From: Rhodosorus marinus CCMP1338
Taxonomy: Eukaryota > Plantae > Rhodophyta
Length of the DNA: 64,000 nucleotides
Direction of reading: 5' to 3'
NCBI GenBank assembly: GCA_029953675.1
Contig: JAMWBK010000005.1
Span: 992,001 to 1,056,000 of the forward strand
Made by a program: the position numbers and the translations under genes. Below the pieces are notes generated by a model. The model was not told the DNA's origin. It saw only the letters and a program-made list of their open reading frames with translations, and ran no database searches. This document shows positions 31,335 to 44,604 of this stretch, one piece after another (the first letter of the stretch is position 1; each line of letters begins with the position of its first letter).

Positions 31335-32120
31335 ATGAGTGCCGTTGAGAGCTGTTTTGTGGGTTGTGGGGTTTGGTATGGGAAGGAGAGGGGTGGATTG
31401 TCGGTGCGGAGGAGAAGGAGGGTTGCGGTGAGGAGTGAGTTGGGAGAGAGGACGGGGAAGAAGGCGAGTTTCGGCGAGGGGCGAAGAACTGAGAAGGTGA
31501 GCGGCGAGGAGGAAGATGAGAGGGAGGATTGTGGATGGGACAAGGTGGAAGAGCTCGTTGATGTTCTGGTGGAGAAGTTGAGTGGGAAGAAGATAGATGT
31601 CGTGTTAGGCATTACTAGAGGAGGGTACGGTTGTTTTGCCTCTTGTTTTTGTTCGGCAGAACTATTTAATGGTTTCACGCCGTCGATCTGAGTATGCCGA
31701 TTTGTTGAGTTCTGTGTTCTGTGCTTTTTTTTTCTTCTTAGGATGGTACCGGCAGTATTAATGTGCGAGAAAATGAAATTACGAAACCTGATGAGTGCGA
31801 CTGTGATGTTCTATACGGACTCCGGCTCCCGGTTCTACGGTCTCACCCACCCCAGCTTCCTGCACTTCCCCGAAGATCAGTTAATCGAAGGACGAAATGT
31901 CCTGATCGTGGATGACGTCTGGGACACCGGCCGGACAGCTCGGAGCGTCAGAGAGCGCGTTCTTCGTGCCGGTGGTGAACCTTCAGTTGCTGTACTACAT
32001 TTCAAGCCGTATAGAAACCAATTCGACGATATGCCCGATTTCTTCGCGGAAACGACGGACTCGTGGATTATGTATGCATGGGAGCCGAGTCCAGACGAAC
32101 CTAGTGAACAAGCTCCGTGA
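31335..32120 (+). CDS. Type I purine phosphoribosyltransferase (HPRT/XGPRT-like) with putative plastid transit peptide
   Basis: WDKVEELVDVL..VVLGITRG|GMVPA (intron 31625-31741); PRPP motif VLIVDDVWDTGRT; AVLHFKP..DSWIMYAW; basic Ser/Arg-rich N-terminal extension. Confidence 0.85.
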
Positions 32121-32634
32121 ACAAACAAGGAACACACGGAGGAGTAACGTGCGTTTTTCGAAGGATAGGAAGCGCCCAGAAAAAGGATCAACCACACGTC
32201 GTAAAAGGCGTTTGTGTGCATATTACAGAACAAAGCCAAGAAAGAATCAAAATATTCAATTCGGCCTTTGTCTTGATCGCCTTCTGTGTCTCTGGCGACT
32301 TTTCGAGGGAAAGAACATGAGGTCCGGTCCATAACAGAGCTAGTTTTTGAAGACCTTTGCCCCCTTCCTTGTGAGTGCTTTCTGACAGCCAGCCAATAAG
32401 CTCTCTCCGTTCGATGCGAGTTCTTGCGGCGGACCGGAGCCTCTGAAGCACCATCAGTGGGTGCAGCACGCTGTGCGGAATTCAAGAGCAGCGGTGCTTC
32501 ACCAACAAGTCGTGAAGTAGAAAAAAGAGTCTATGCATTGTTTAATTTAAGCTGTACAACCACCCCCCGTTCCTGGAGGCGACTTTCCGTCTATTGTATA
32601 TACACAAAATCCGGCCTGCGCGAATCCCTTCCTT

Positions 32635-33891
32635 CTAGAAGGAATGCGCTGAGAGATCAAATGTCGATATGGCAAGCTGCGCAAGTGCAACTGTCTTGAA
32701 GGTCCTAGTGGGAGAGTGATTCTGGTCCTTCGGAGGAAGGGATCTTGCCCGGCACGTCAAGTCTCCGTCAAGGGTCCTGCTGTCTTCCTCGCTAAACCAG
32801 GAGTGCTGCAGCGCTGCGATGCTGCTCAGCCTCTTTCGTGGATCCTCTCTAAGCAGGCCGCGAATCAACGATTTCGCCGAGGCTGACACTGACGACCATA
32901 CATCGCTGGTAAAGTCAGGTTCAACGAAGGAGCCATTCTCCCAACAGCCAGTTATGGGGAATGGGAAAGTTCTGCTGAGAAGCGCGTACATGATAACGCC
33001 AAGAGCAAAGGCATCAACCTGAGGCCCGTATTTCTTCTCCCTCCAGCGCTCAGGAGCTAAATACGCAGGAGTACCAACGTGAGCTGTGAAGGTGTCGGTT
33101 TTGGTCTCCGCTGGATCCGCCCCACTAAATGCCGCCGAGCCAAAGTCGGCGAGGAGCATATAGTCATCTTCGCCCTCCCGGCACAGGATGTTGTCCAGCT
33201 TGAGGTCCCTATGTGTGATGCCACGCTTATGCAACTCAGCAGTTGTACCTAACAGCTGGCCCATCACTTTTCGCGCCTCTCTCTCTGTAAAGACAACTCG
33301 TTCCTCAAGCAGATTCAGTAGCGTCCGCGTGCCCTTTTCCAGGACTAATACGTAGTCCGTCTCGGTCGCAAAAGCGTCTATTATACGCACCACGTGATCA
33401 GACTGTGCGGCACGAGTAACTCGCACTTCGTTGAGGAATTGCTTCAGCACATGGTCAGCGTGAATGCCGGAAGACCTCGACATCATCTTCAAAGCGACGT
33501 TTCCACCATTTGCTTTACTCCATGCCGCCTTCACGAGGGCGGTTTGGCCCTCACCTATGAGCTCTTCAGGGTGGAAATAGTTCCTCAGTTTCGGGCACAT
33601 AGCAGCCTCCATCGCCCTCCACCACGCGACAAACTCATGCCTATCCCCTTCCACCTTGAACAGCATCGTCCTGTGCGCATCCTTTACAACGATTTCATTC
33701 TCCCAACCCTGGAAAAACCTGCACCTCGCAGTTTCAACACTCCAAATTTCTTTCTGCCCTCCATCCACGACGGAAAGCCTCGACTTCTCGAGCAGCAGAC
33801 GAACCCGCTCCTGTCCAAACAGACCCTTCCGAATCCAAACCCATCCCTCCCTCCTCGCCGCACATCCTCGATCTAAACTCCCCACGCTCAT
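32635..33891 (-). CDS. CAMK-like Ser/Thr protein kinase with a PH-like N-terminal region
   Basis: GEGQTALV, VALK, HRDLKLDN, DFG, GTPAYLAPE, DAFALG, KRLS; intronless. Confidence 0.9.
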   Translation of the reverse strand: MSVGSLDRGCAARREGWVWIRKGLFGQERVRLLLEKSRLSVVDGGQKEIWSVETARCRFFQGWENEIVVKDAHRTMLFKVEGDRHEFVAWWRAMEAAMCPKLRNYFHPEELIGEGQTALVKAAWSKANGGNVALKMMSRSSGIHADHVLKQFLNEVRVTRAAQSDHVVRIIDAFATETDYVLVLEKGTRTLLNLLEERVVFTEREARKVMGQLLGTTAELHKRGITHRDLKLDNILCREGEDDYMLLADFGSAAFSGADPAETKTDTFTAHVGTPAYLAPERWREKKYGPQVDAFALGVIMYALLSRTFPFPITGCWENGSFVEPDFTSDVWSSVSASAKSLIRGLLREDPRKRLSSIAALQHSWFSEEDSRTLDGDLTCRARSLPPKDQNHSPTRTFKTVALAQLAISTFDLSAHSF

Positions 33892-36800
33892 TGTCCCCCC
33901 ACCCCCTCCTCCCCACTCAACGCACAGCAACGAACACAGTCATCCCCACTCCGCCCCAGCACAAAATAAAGTTCTACATATGCCCTCTCCCACCTCCGCC
34001 CCAAAGTACACAAAAACTAACGCCCTCTCCCACACTAATCTTCCAGAAACTTCCTACTACCTCCCACCTGACTTTCTCGCCTTTTTCTACCTCCTACCCC
34101 GCTCCTTTCCCCTCCCTTCACCACCACTACTCACCTCATAAAAGTCCTCCAGCACAAAGAAACCCACCAGCCCACTCTGAACAATAAAATATCCTTTAAA
34201 ACAAGCATATAGCCCCATTTCCTCCCCTTCCCACATTACCACTGTCATCCATCCAACTATGAAAACTCACATTTTCCCTTCTACCTTAAAATTTCCTTTT
34301 AGCCATGTCACTCCCCCTGTATCAATCATCATTCCAAACCGTAAACCTTATTTTCTAGTTAAAAATATACAAGAATCTGATACGACATTGTCATTCAGTT
34401 CTATCATTTTTTTTGTCGACTGCACAAACCCGTCCTTTCCCCAGACACTCCCCCCCCCCCAACTTTCCAATATTTCATCATCCCAATGATATTCACTTTT
34501 ACCAATATTATTTCTACGATCAAGGCAAAGACGGCACAAACAAAATTTACTACCAGGGGGGATAACACAGGATTTATGGATTTGGGTGTGTGTATTGAGT
34601 GAGCTTTTTCAGCTGTTTTTCTCCGTCTATAATAAATGACGAATGTTTACACCTCCCACCCCCTGATTATTGGGCTTGTACTTGTTGAGGGGTACAAAAA
34701 AGTAATGAAGAGTTGTACGGATTGAATTTTATTTTATTTTGGACCAAATTAGGAAGCCTGTTCAGGCTTTTTGAAGGGGGTTACTTTTTAGCGGATTGGT
34801 AAGGAAGCTTTGCCATGATTCGCTGACCGGACAGTCTCTATGGTTTTCGATGATCGAACCTGCTTAATTTTAATTGTTTTATTATTTTTGGTTAGACACG
34901 TGTTTGAGAAAGGTTGGGATTGGGAACCAGGATTTCGGTGATACGACCATTTTTAACGTATTTTTTGACAATTGCGAAATTTTTATCAAACTGGGATGGA
35001 ACATATCTCCGGACCAGATGATGATGTGAATGAATGGCAAATGTTACTTGGTGGTTCGAAAGGCTTACGATTATTGATCTTCTGTCCCACAAAATTATGA
35101 TAAACGAGCCGCCCCCCCCCCCCACGGAGAAGGGGGAAAGCCGCCTAATAGTTATTCCTTGGGCTCTTTTCTCTCCGAACTTTTTTCGCTGACTTACATT
35201 TACCTGCTCAGGTTGGTCCCAAAAAAAGCAAACTATATTTTCTGCTGGTCTTTTGCCTGTTGGGTTCCCAGTCCAGCCGAGGCCGTAAAGAACCATGCAA
35301 GTCGAATACCCCCCCCCCCCCCACCCTTTTCTAGATGTGCCACGCGAAACCTTTCTCTAGAATGGAATTGTATTTTAGTCGAAAACCGGGAACCTTGGAG
35401 ACGAGACCGTCCTACCCCTTATTCATAAACTTCACAGGCTTCCTTCTTTCAGTGCACTTAGCTTCTAGATGTTGGGTGATGAGCACAGATCTAGATATTG
35501 ACCGCGAACATAAAGCATTCCTGAAAAATTATAATTTTCAGCTTTATGACAGATGAAGCTAAAAGAAAGAAGTTTTAGTCTTCGCCTAGAAAAATTATGA
35601 TACCCGATCACCTGATTGATTTTCAAAACTATTGCTATGTACCATCCAAAAACTATTGGTAATAGTAAACTGGAGATGGAGCCCTGACGTTATCTGTTTT
35701 GGATAAAAAACGAATAGAAAAAATTGCTCGAATATTTATTTGTTTTTCCAGAGTCGACCTGACCAAGAGTTTCCATCTAACTCTTTGTCTTAGTAGAAAC
35801 AGTGTCAATATTATGACCGGACAAGAATCTAGAAGCGAGAAATTCTTGTATTCGATCTTGATCATGGTGATGAATCCATTTATTAGAAACATGTTCCATA
35901 ATCATTGTTGCTTTGCACTCTTGAGGTGTAAAACTTCTTCACAGCCAATTACAGACTCGAATCAGTGTAATCCTATACCGTTCGGAGCAGTCATTGGCGC
36001 TCGATAAAATAATGACCTAAAATTAAGTGATTTCTTAACGCGTCCCCCCCTTTTTGCACATACCACCACCTCAACGGAAATTGGAAACTGGGACAAGAGT
36101 TCGTATCCGAATCACAGGGACGGTGAGGCGTGGCAGCTCCAAGTAGCTAGAATTGGCTGTGAACAAATTCGCGGACACGAACGCAGATTCTCCTTTTGTC
36201 CCACTACGTTCAGTTGTTCGTTTTCTACCTTGAAACTTTGATGGGAGAATATACATCGTGGCTAGACTCTAAGAGAGAAGTTTGCAAGCAGTTATACACT
36301 CCTCAGCTTACATTTTTTTCAGTGCACAGCTTCTCATTAGCTCCCCTTCCCCCCCCCGCGCTCGCAAAGGGGACCCTTTTTGAGGGGTCCCACGGCCGTA
36401 TTGGAAGTCGGAGGCGAACAGGTCGGGAACGGAGGAGAGGGACTTGCGATACTCTGGCTTTTGGCCGTTTCAGTCAAAATAACAAATCACTTGAGGAGAT
36501 TGAATCTGGCTGCTGCACGCCTGGGCGGGTTTACTGAGCTCTTGCTGAATCAAATGCGGATTTTTGTTCCGCTCTTCAGTCAAAATCGCCCTTCGAAAGC
36601 CCAAACAAGTCTAGGCTTGCCTCCATACATTCCCCACACAAGGTTTGTACGTGGACTTAGCCTTCCTGGCTCCCAATAGATGTGATGCGGCAGTAGTTTA
36701 TCACAAGAAAAAATGGCGGCTCCTGTTGAAAGGGAAATCTACTCATGTCGAAACGGTCTGGGCTGTGCCTTCTGTTCTTAAGAATATGTCGAAACGAATA

Positions 36801-37130
36801 GACCTAGAGCTCAAGACGTGGTCAGCCTGGCGATTGTTGATATAATCAGTCTTGGGCGTCTACTAAGGGAAGGCGTCCAGTCACACCGGCCAGTCCGATT
36901 CTCCCTAAGCCGTGTCTGGGACCAATCAACTTTGCCCGCGGCTTGTCATCTGAGGAAAGGGACAAGCAGATCGAAATAATTTCGATTCCTCCTCCCAAGA
37001 GTGCTCCTCTATGCATCGGGCAAGCGGACGCGCGGTACGAGTGCGAGGAATATTCTATAGCACCGGTGCGCCCCAGTGGCTTTCGGCCTAGTAAGATCCA
37101 TGAAGACGATGGGCGTAGATGATGGACGGT

Positions 37131-37167
37131 GGGCGCTGTTCGGGCGCTGTTCGGGCGCTGTTCGGGC
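37131..37167. repeat. 11-bp tandem repeat (GGGCGCTGTTC)x3
   Basis: Directly visible in the sequence. Confidence 0.85.
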
Positions 37168-37499
37168 TACTTGTGTACATGACACCCGATCGTGTGGTGT
37201 CCGGAGATCAGCTGAACTTCCCCGCAGGCTAACGACGGGGCTCGTCCAACCTCAAAATTGAACATTCCTCCAAGGCAACGCATGGAGGAGCTTTTTTGAC
37301 GTTTCTCTCCCGGCTACAGTTTGTCGCACCAAGAAGAAGCCCCAACCTGCCCAAATCGGGTAGCTTTTCTAGCGACTCTCCAACCATGGAAATCTAGTAG
37401 TAGTACGTCCAGATATGGCATCCTGCGTTATGGCGACAGGACTCGCTCCGGATAAGTTCGGCAAGGCCAGGTCCACCATGTCGAGCTCTGCTCGCCTCC

Positions 37500-37800
37500 T
37501 TCCCAGCTTCCGATGGACAGCAGAAACGAACTATTCGAAATGTCCTACGGCACTGAATCGGAAATCAGGGTCCCATAATCCGCTTCAGTTGGCGTCAATT
37601 GGATCAGACCGGTAGTGACATCATAGTATTCAGTTGGTGCTTTAGAAACTCCACCAAGCTGATGTGGATGAGTTTTGGGGACAACACGAAGCAGTTTGTT
37701 CTTGTGAAGAGACCCACATACTCTATTGGTATCGCTGCGTACATTTGAAGTCAAGCCATTCATTCAGTGACTTGCATTTGAACCCGATTTACGTCTGCGT
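37500..37800 (-). repeat. Second copy of unidentified family D
   Basis: Minus strand ttcaaatgcaagtcactgaatgaatggcttgacttcaaatgtacgcagcgata..atccacatcagc..ccaattgacg aligns with 25040-25290. Confidence 0.7.
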
Positions 37801-38300
37801 CGCAGCAGCATGGATGCCCTCCCGAGGGGGGATGACTGCACCACCCGGCCAGATGTCAGTTACCCTCTTCCCATCCGGATTTTGAAGCCTGAGCTCGTTG
37901 CCAACTCTTCCCAAACGAAATTTCCCTCCTGACTCAACCTTGCATGCATCGAATCTGTGGGTGCTTGCTGGTACTCCATCACAACGTCTTCAGCGGGGTC
38001 AGGGAAGGGGGCAGTCAAAAAAGACCAAAGATTGCTAACTTCCCCCTCACAGCTTCAGAAAACTGTAGAAACATTAGCTGAATTCGAGCGCATAACTCTA
38101 AGAGATCAGCGCGGAATGTGAGAATGTCCGGCTTTTGTTGTACCATGAACTTCATCTCGCGATCGATTGCAAATGGACTAGAGGGAGGTGTGGGGATATC
38201 AGGAAGGTTGACAAGCAAGGTTTTGAGAGACAGAATTGCCTTGAGCAAGGGCCTAACCAGCCGCTACAGAAGCTAGTCTTCCGCATATAATGGTTCTTGT

Positions 38301-40635
38301 ATGATGGCTGGAGGCGGAGGTTTAGATTTGGACTTTGATCGTGAGGAGTGGGATGATATAGACGAGGATAGGGAGGAGCTCACCCTACAGAGCTTGTTCC
38401 ACTCGACGAACAACAAACTTGGGTCGACGCAAGGATCGCAGACGAGTGAGGGGTCGGAGCCTTTCTTCCTTCCAGATGAGCTCATCTTCCTAGTTGACTT
38501 TCGGGAGTCCATGGCAACCTCTGTGGACGAGGACGGAAACGGCCTGTTGTCCTCCTGCCTTCGATGCGCAGCAGAGGTGGGGCCTCGCAAACTATTATTT
38601 CGTTTATTCAGTCATCGAAGTCTAGACGTTACGAAGATTCTCAGAAAACACCTTCTTCACTTTGTGGACTACACGACATCTTCTTGACTTGAAACCAAAT
38701 TCGTCAGGTTCTGAAGGATAAGATCATCTCGAGGGAGTATGATCTGGTGGGAGTGTTAGGGTTTGGTACGGAAAAAACCGACAATTCCAACAGTTTTTCC
38801 AACATTTGCGTTGTCAGGAGCCTGGACATCCCGGACGCTGTTGGTATCCTGGACCTTGAAAACTTGTCGAAGAACCCAATGCTCGTGCACGAGAGGTACG
38901 GGCACGGGGCCTCGGACTCAATGTTCAGCTTTCACCAGGCGCTTTGGACGTGCCGCTCCATGTTCGCTCAGAGCAAGGTTTCCCGCGGCACAAAGTCACG
39001 GAGGAGAGTGTTCATCTTCACGAACGACGACGATCCGGCAAAGGGAGACGAATCCCAGAGGACTCAAAGCGCGGTCCAGGCCCGAGACCTCCTGGATGCT
39101 GGTGCTTCCGTTGAGCTGTTCTGTCTAAGCACTGCTGACGCGTCGAAGAAGTTCGATGCTGAGAAGTTCTTCAACGACATCATTCTCCGGACTGACACCG
39201 ACGATGGGAACCTTGTCAACATACCCGTATCCCGATTCCCCGAGATCAAGCGTCGGCTAAAGAAGAAGCAGCACAGAAAACGTATCGAATCTACGTGCTA
39301 CATCCATCTAGCAGACGACAAGGTTATTACCCTTGCTGGTTTCTACCTCATCCGAAAGGCCACGAGATCCAGAACAGTCGTTCTAGATGCCAAGAACAAC
39401 AAGCCGGTGAGGAGACACACTAGCACTTGGTCCTCCGAGACTGCTGAGATCCTCTACCCCCGCGATATCGGGTACGGCTACAGCTTTGCCAGCACGATCG
39501 CGTGCCTCGACGATGGTGAACGGAGGAGCTTGAAGATGGCCTGTTCTTCAGACAGGTTCAGATGCCTTGGATTTATCAAAGTGGAAACCGTCCCGTGGGA
39601 TCTTCAGAACTCACACCCACTGTTCTTGCATCCTCTGTTCCCTGAGGAGCATTCATGGACAGAGTCGCTCAAGGCTCAGTCCGCGTTGTTCGCATCTGTC
39701 AACGGGGAAATGGACCAGAAGGATCTGGCGATGCTGGTCTATGGCTCCTCGTCTAGATCTGGATCCGTAAATCGCTTTGCCGCCGTTCTACCGCAGCGGG
39801 AGGAGGTCGTGGATGACGTCCAGGTTGTGCCGAGTGGTTGGCTGTTGATTTACCTTCCCTACGCTGAGGACATAAGACAGGACTACATTACACCGTCGCT
39901 TTCGAAAGATGCAGTTCTCGGCAATGTAGACCTGTCTGTCCAACAACAGCGCGTAGCATCGGATCTCCTTGAAAAGTTTCGGGTCCCCGAGTTTGACGCA
40001 GAGAGGTAGTTGATGCTGCTGGCTCTAGTTCACTTTGGCTAGGTTGTTCTTCACAGGAGCGTTGACGTCTTTTTTTGGTTGCCTGTGCCGTTTCCTTAGA
40101 TATACAAATCCTGACCTTCAGCAATACTACAATGGGCTTCAGGCGTTGGCGTTGGGTCAGCAGACGGAAAGTACGGAGAAGACCGTAGATAGTATGTTAC
40201 CCGACGATGAGGGGATGGAGGACGAGGCGCTAGAGGAAATAGCACGATTCCAGCTTGTAAGAGCAGCCAGTAGTCGCACGCCGTTGCAGAAGAAGAGTGT
40301 GCAAAGCTTGAGAATTGAAACGTTTGTCTTTCGCTTGTGGCTAGGCTTTCGGACTTGCCGCTGGTGGCAACATTGAGTTCTCCACCGAGAGACACGTACA
40401 GTCAGAGGCGAATTCGGCCAGGAAGCGGGCAAGGATTGAAGCTGTTGAGGCTGCTCGCGAGTTTCTCGCGAGGGAGAAGGTCGATTGGGAATCCAAAGCA
40501 AATGACGACTCACTTGCTGAGCTCCCCGTGGTTGTCCTGAAGCAGTACTGCCTGGTAAACGGGCTCAAGGTCACCGGAAAGAATAAGTCGGAGCTGTTGG
40601 AGCTTGTCAGGGAGCGCATCTTGCACCCGGGATAG
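38301..40635 (+). CDS. KU70: Ku70 (vWA, Ku core, SAP), 4 exons
   Basis: LIFLVDF..M, VLGFGTEKTDN, ALWTC, RRVFIFTNDDDP, IYLPYAEDIR, YTNPDLQQYYNGLQALAL, SAP VVVLKQYCLVNGLKVTGKNKSEL; introns 38577-38707, 40006-40099, 40257-40344. Confidence 0.93.
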
Positions 40636-41041
40636 GTTCCAACATCGACGGGATGTCCAAACTATGCTTGATTGGGACCGCGCAAAGCGTGGCTGCTAAG
40701 ACTATTTGTTTTCCGAGCTCTTGATGAGAAGGTTGTGAAGCCCACTCGAGTGCTCGGGGCGTCCTCGACAGACTGGCAACGTCCGCAACACGTTTCAGCG
40801 TGCCTGAGTTACGCAAGGGTGAGTTCGAGAGTTCTGGCGGATAGAGGGATGAAAAGACCTGCCACTTCGTACTTGCTCGTACTTGCTCGGTCTCTGAATG
40901 GTTTACGGGGCAAGTACTTGCGCTTCCGGAGCTGCACTGGCGCGGGAAGCCGAAAATTTGGTCGGTTTTTATAGCTGAGTGAACAGTTGATGGTTCTTTT
41001 CTTTTCGAAAGGAAGGTTTGAGTTACTTGCGTACTTGAGAA

Positions 41042-41629
41042 TTACAATAAGGAAAGTGAGGGGTGGAAATCAAAAACATTCTCGGAAGATTTTTCTTCCT
41101 CTACTGAGAAATCGGAGGCATCCAACGCCAGACTGCTGGAATCCACAAAGCTCGAGAGCATTTGGTCCAGTCCATCTCCATCGGGAATGTAAGGAAGGCC
41201 CTCCACCACTTCCACGATAGGATCATGACCAGGTAGCATTGGATATATTCCCTCCATGCGAACCTCGCCCAAGGTCGCGGGATCCTGCTCAAAATTGGCC
41301 CCTTCGGCAGGTTCTGTTGAGGTCTGGAACCCAGAAACCTCGCCCACACTCTCGGTGGAAATGGTGGACCCCTGAGGAATGGGTTTGGTTTCAGCATCTT
41401 GGAGATCAGGATTTTGCTCTGATGCTTCCTTCTCCATCCGAATAAAATATTTCTGCGCATGGGAGCGCACTTGAACTCTTGTCTTACTCCATACGTGCTC
41501 CGTCACGGATTTCCAGTCCCGGCCATATAATTCCAAAGCTTCGACAAATCGTGCATGCTCTTCTGCGGTCCATTTCTCCCTGCTCTTCCTGACAATGTAT
41601 GGCCTACGCAGCTTACTATCGTGCCACAT
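41042..41629 (-). CDS. Single-repeat MYB transcription factor, SHAQKYF class (CCA1/LHY/RVE-like)
   Basis: [47 protein letters not shown]. Confidence 0.88.
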   Translation of the reverse strand: MWHDSKLRRPYIVRKSREKWTAEEHARFVEALELYGRDWKSVTEHVWSKTRVQVRSHAQKYFIRMEKEASEQNPDLQDAETKPIPQGSTISTESVGEVSGFQTSTEPAEGANFEQDPATLGEVRMEGIYPMLPGHDPIVEVVEGLPYIPDGDGLDQMLSSFVDSSSLALDASDFSVEEEKSSENVFDFHPSLSLL

Positions 41630-44604
41630 TCTTCTTTAACCAGCTCGTCTTCTAGCAAAAGAAAATCTCTCTTCTCCTGTGCCTTAATAAATACGGTGAT
41701 CTCCAACCAGAGGGCGTAAACGGACTGGCTCCTCCTAACCTCCACAGGAACCCAAATGAACAAAACCTCTTACGCGAAGTATTGACCAGCTCAAACGGTG
41801 GTTTCGTCGCCTGCAAGACCAAGCAGCCCCCTACACCCTCCCCCACCCCCAACCCCTCCCCCCCGGCCCAACGAGAACTCAAGACAGGGTGGTGTTTTTT
41901 TTTTTTTTCGTCTCTCTTCCCTGTCGAGAGTGTCCTACAATCGACTTTCCTCACCCGACACTGTGAAACAGTCACCACCCCGATCCCCACTCCACTTAAT
42001 AGACCCCAATCCCCGTCCCAAGCCGCCACCAACAGAGGCGGGATCTCAAAATCTGAGATTCAACAAAACTGAAAGAAAAAATAACCTATAACCACATCTC
42101 CTATATATATCCAATAACGATACTTTCGAAGTGGATATTTTCGGACTATCTACTATTTTTCAAGGATATTATATGAATCGGTTATCGAATCATTGCGTTC
42201 AATACCAATCTGGAACCGCCTCTAGCCAGAGCAACCCCCTTCTTTCCCCTACCCCCTCCCCCTCCCCCAACAAGAGAATTACAATCTTTTCAAAAATCTC
42301 ACCGGTTCAAAAAAATCATACGGTTTTGAAAATCCTTCCTCCATAACCTCTCACTTCCCCCTTCCGTCAGCCCCTTGACACAAATCTGTTTGCGCTGCCT
42401 TGCTGAATAGTCCGTTCCGTTTCTCTACACCCTCCTCCCCTCCCCCCAATCCAATCTCCGATCACCCGGCTCTTGTTGTCACATTGGTGAGTTCAAAGCA
42501 GTAGATAAATTTATTCAAAACAAATAATGAGCGAGATATATATTTTGGGGGGTTGGTTCAACCAGTAGAAAATTGATTAGTTTTTTGTTTGTTCTGGACA
42601 TATCTGTGAAAAGGGTATGTTCGGGCCCGGGGAGGGGGGAAGGGGGAGAGGGGGAAGGATCGGTGTTGAAGAGGTTAGGAAAGAACAATTGTTGTTGGGC
42701 GAGCAGAAAATATTAGGCTTTTCATGATTTTTTCACTATGAAACAAATAAATTCCCTTCATACAAGTTTTAAAAATAGTGCTCTGTTTTTCACTATTAAC
42801 AATAAATATTCATCATCCCAATCATAATAAAGAATTCTAACAACCCCAAATAAACAACAATATATTTGTATAAAGGTTATTTCCAACACTATATACTTGT
42901 TATAGATGAAATACAGTCTTTATATAGAGAAAATTCCTCCATAATATTTAATAAGTGTATAAAATAGATAAATATGCAGATATATATATATTTCTATATT
43001 TCAAAAACAACTCCTTGGGGGCTTTCTAAGTTTTCGCCCCCATTTTCCATATAGTTTTTTCTTCAATAAAACAGGGAAATTAATCTGGGCTTTCAATGAA
43101 ATGTAGAACCGCTTCTGTTTTACAGGGAAGAAAACAAAACGAGCGATGGATCAGGAGGGGTGTGGCGGTGACCTGCTTGTTGGCCACGTCCAATGCACTA
43201 CATTATTTGAAAGCAAAATGATAAAAAAGTGTGAAAACCATTTGTTTGCGAAAGAGGTGAATTCCTCCAGGGGAGGAAGGAAACAAAAGATGTTGTCAAA
43301 AGTACTTCCAAGTACTTCGCATGGAAACTTCCATGATTATGGGGCGATATATCGTATGAGTATTATTTCTTTGAGGACAACTCAATCTGGAGCAAACCGG
43401 ACCCAAAATATTCTATGAGGACAAATGCTTGGGGGGGAGGAAACCAATTTTCTTCGAAAAACGAATACCTCAACGCACCGGTCCTTTGAAGGAAAAAGTA
43501 ACGCCCTTCTGTCTTGTTCTTCTCCACCCTACTTACCCACCGTTAGAACTGTTTATTCGAGACATTTGGCCTTGTATTTTCTTCTTTTAAAGGAATTAAT
43601 TTTGCGCTTATACTGTTGTTACGATAATAGTGATTGATAAATCATCTCCAAAACAAACCCTCGTGACCCTTCGCTTCACCATTTATTTGACGTCTGGAAA
43701 GCTCCTTTTCGGATCGCATCGGAACTGTCATCCCATCCATTGTTTACTAGGGGTTAATATATGGGACGGGAAGATTTTATGTTTTGCTTGAATTTTCTTG
43801 ACGGCCTTCCTATATTAGTACCGATATGTAGTACTATTTTGTACAATAGAAAACTAGACTTTTCCAACTTCGGTTGTATCGTCCGTTACAAAGATGCGGA
43901 ACAGCACCCAGTGAATCTTACTGGGTTTAGCACGTACTGCAGTGCTGCGATGGGGGCCACCGATGAGGGTTTGTAGTTTCGACGTATCTCCTCGGCTTGG
44001 CCTGGGCGTTTTAAGCTCTTCCGCATGAAATATGGTTCAATTGGCGGCTAGAGATCGAAAGTGCTTGACGGATTCAACGCCGCGGATCGGAATCTGCTAA
44101 CCCAACCATCCAAGCTTACCAGACAATTCCTTCTCCGCTTAGGCGGGGCCGTTTTTTGAAATCGTGATCCATGGACTGGATCAACATGGATTGTGGAGAG
44201 GAAGATGACTCCTAACCTCGTCACGTCAGATCTGCCTAATAACCACAGCACGTGGGACTGAACTACTGTTCAAGATCCAAATGACAGCGTCGTAGGCATG
44301 AGACATGTTAAAGAAGACGACTCCTGAAGACCCAATTGCTTATGGTTCTCCGAGATCTCAAGGCGTTTCACTGCACGAGAATTGAAAGGCTTTCGTGTCG
44401 AATTTCCTCAAGGCCGGTCATTCCACGGGGCTCACCGTCGTGGAATTAGGCCCCAAGCTCGGAATCCATCTAGCCGACTCGTTGGACAAGTGCGCATGTG
44501 GATGAGGGAGTAGAGCCGGGCGACTGATTTAGCAAATGATGAGAACAGGGTTCATAAGTGGGTCTATCATACATTGGCGACGTAGAATACTTCAGAAAAC
44601 AGCG

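Noticed and set aside
36630-36730. RLE-like YVDLAFLAP..AA..KKKW peptide
   Set aside because: Too short and degenerate, with no nucleotide similarity to families A-C.
37078-37100. U2 snRNA-like fragment (ctttcggcctagtaagatcc)
   Set aside because: Only a gapped short match; the branch-point and Sm sites are absent.
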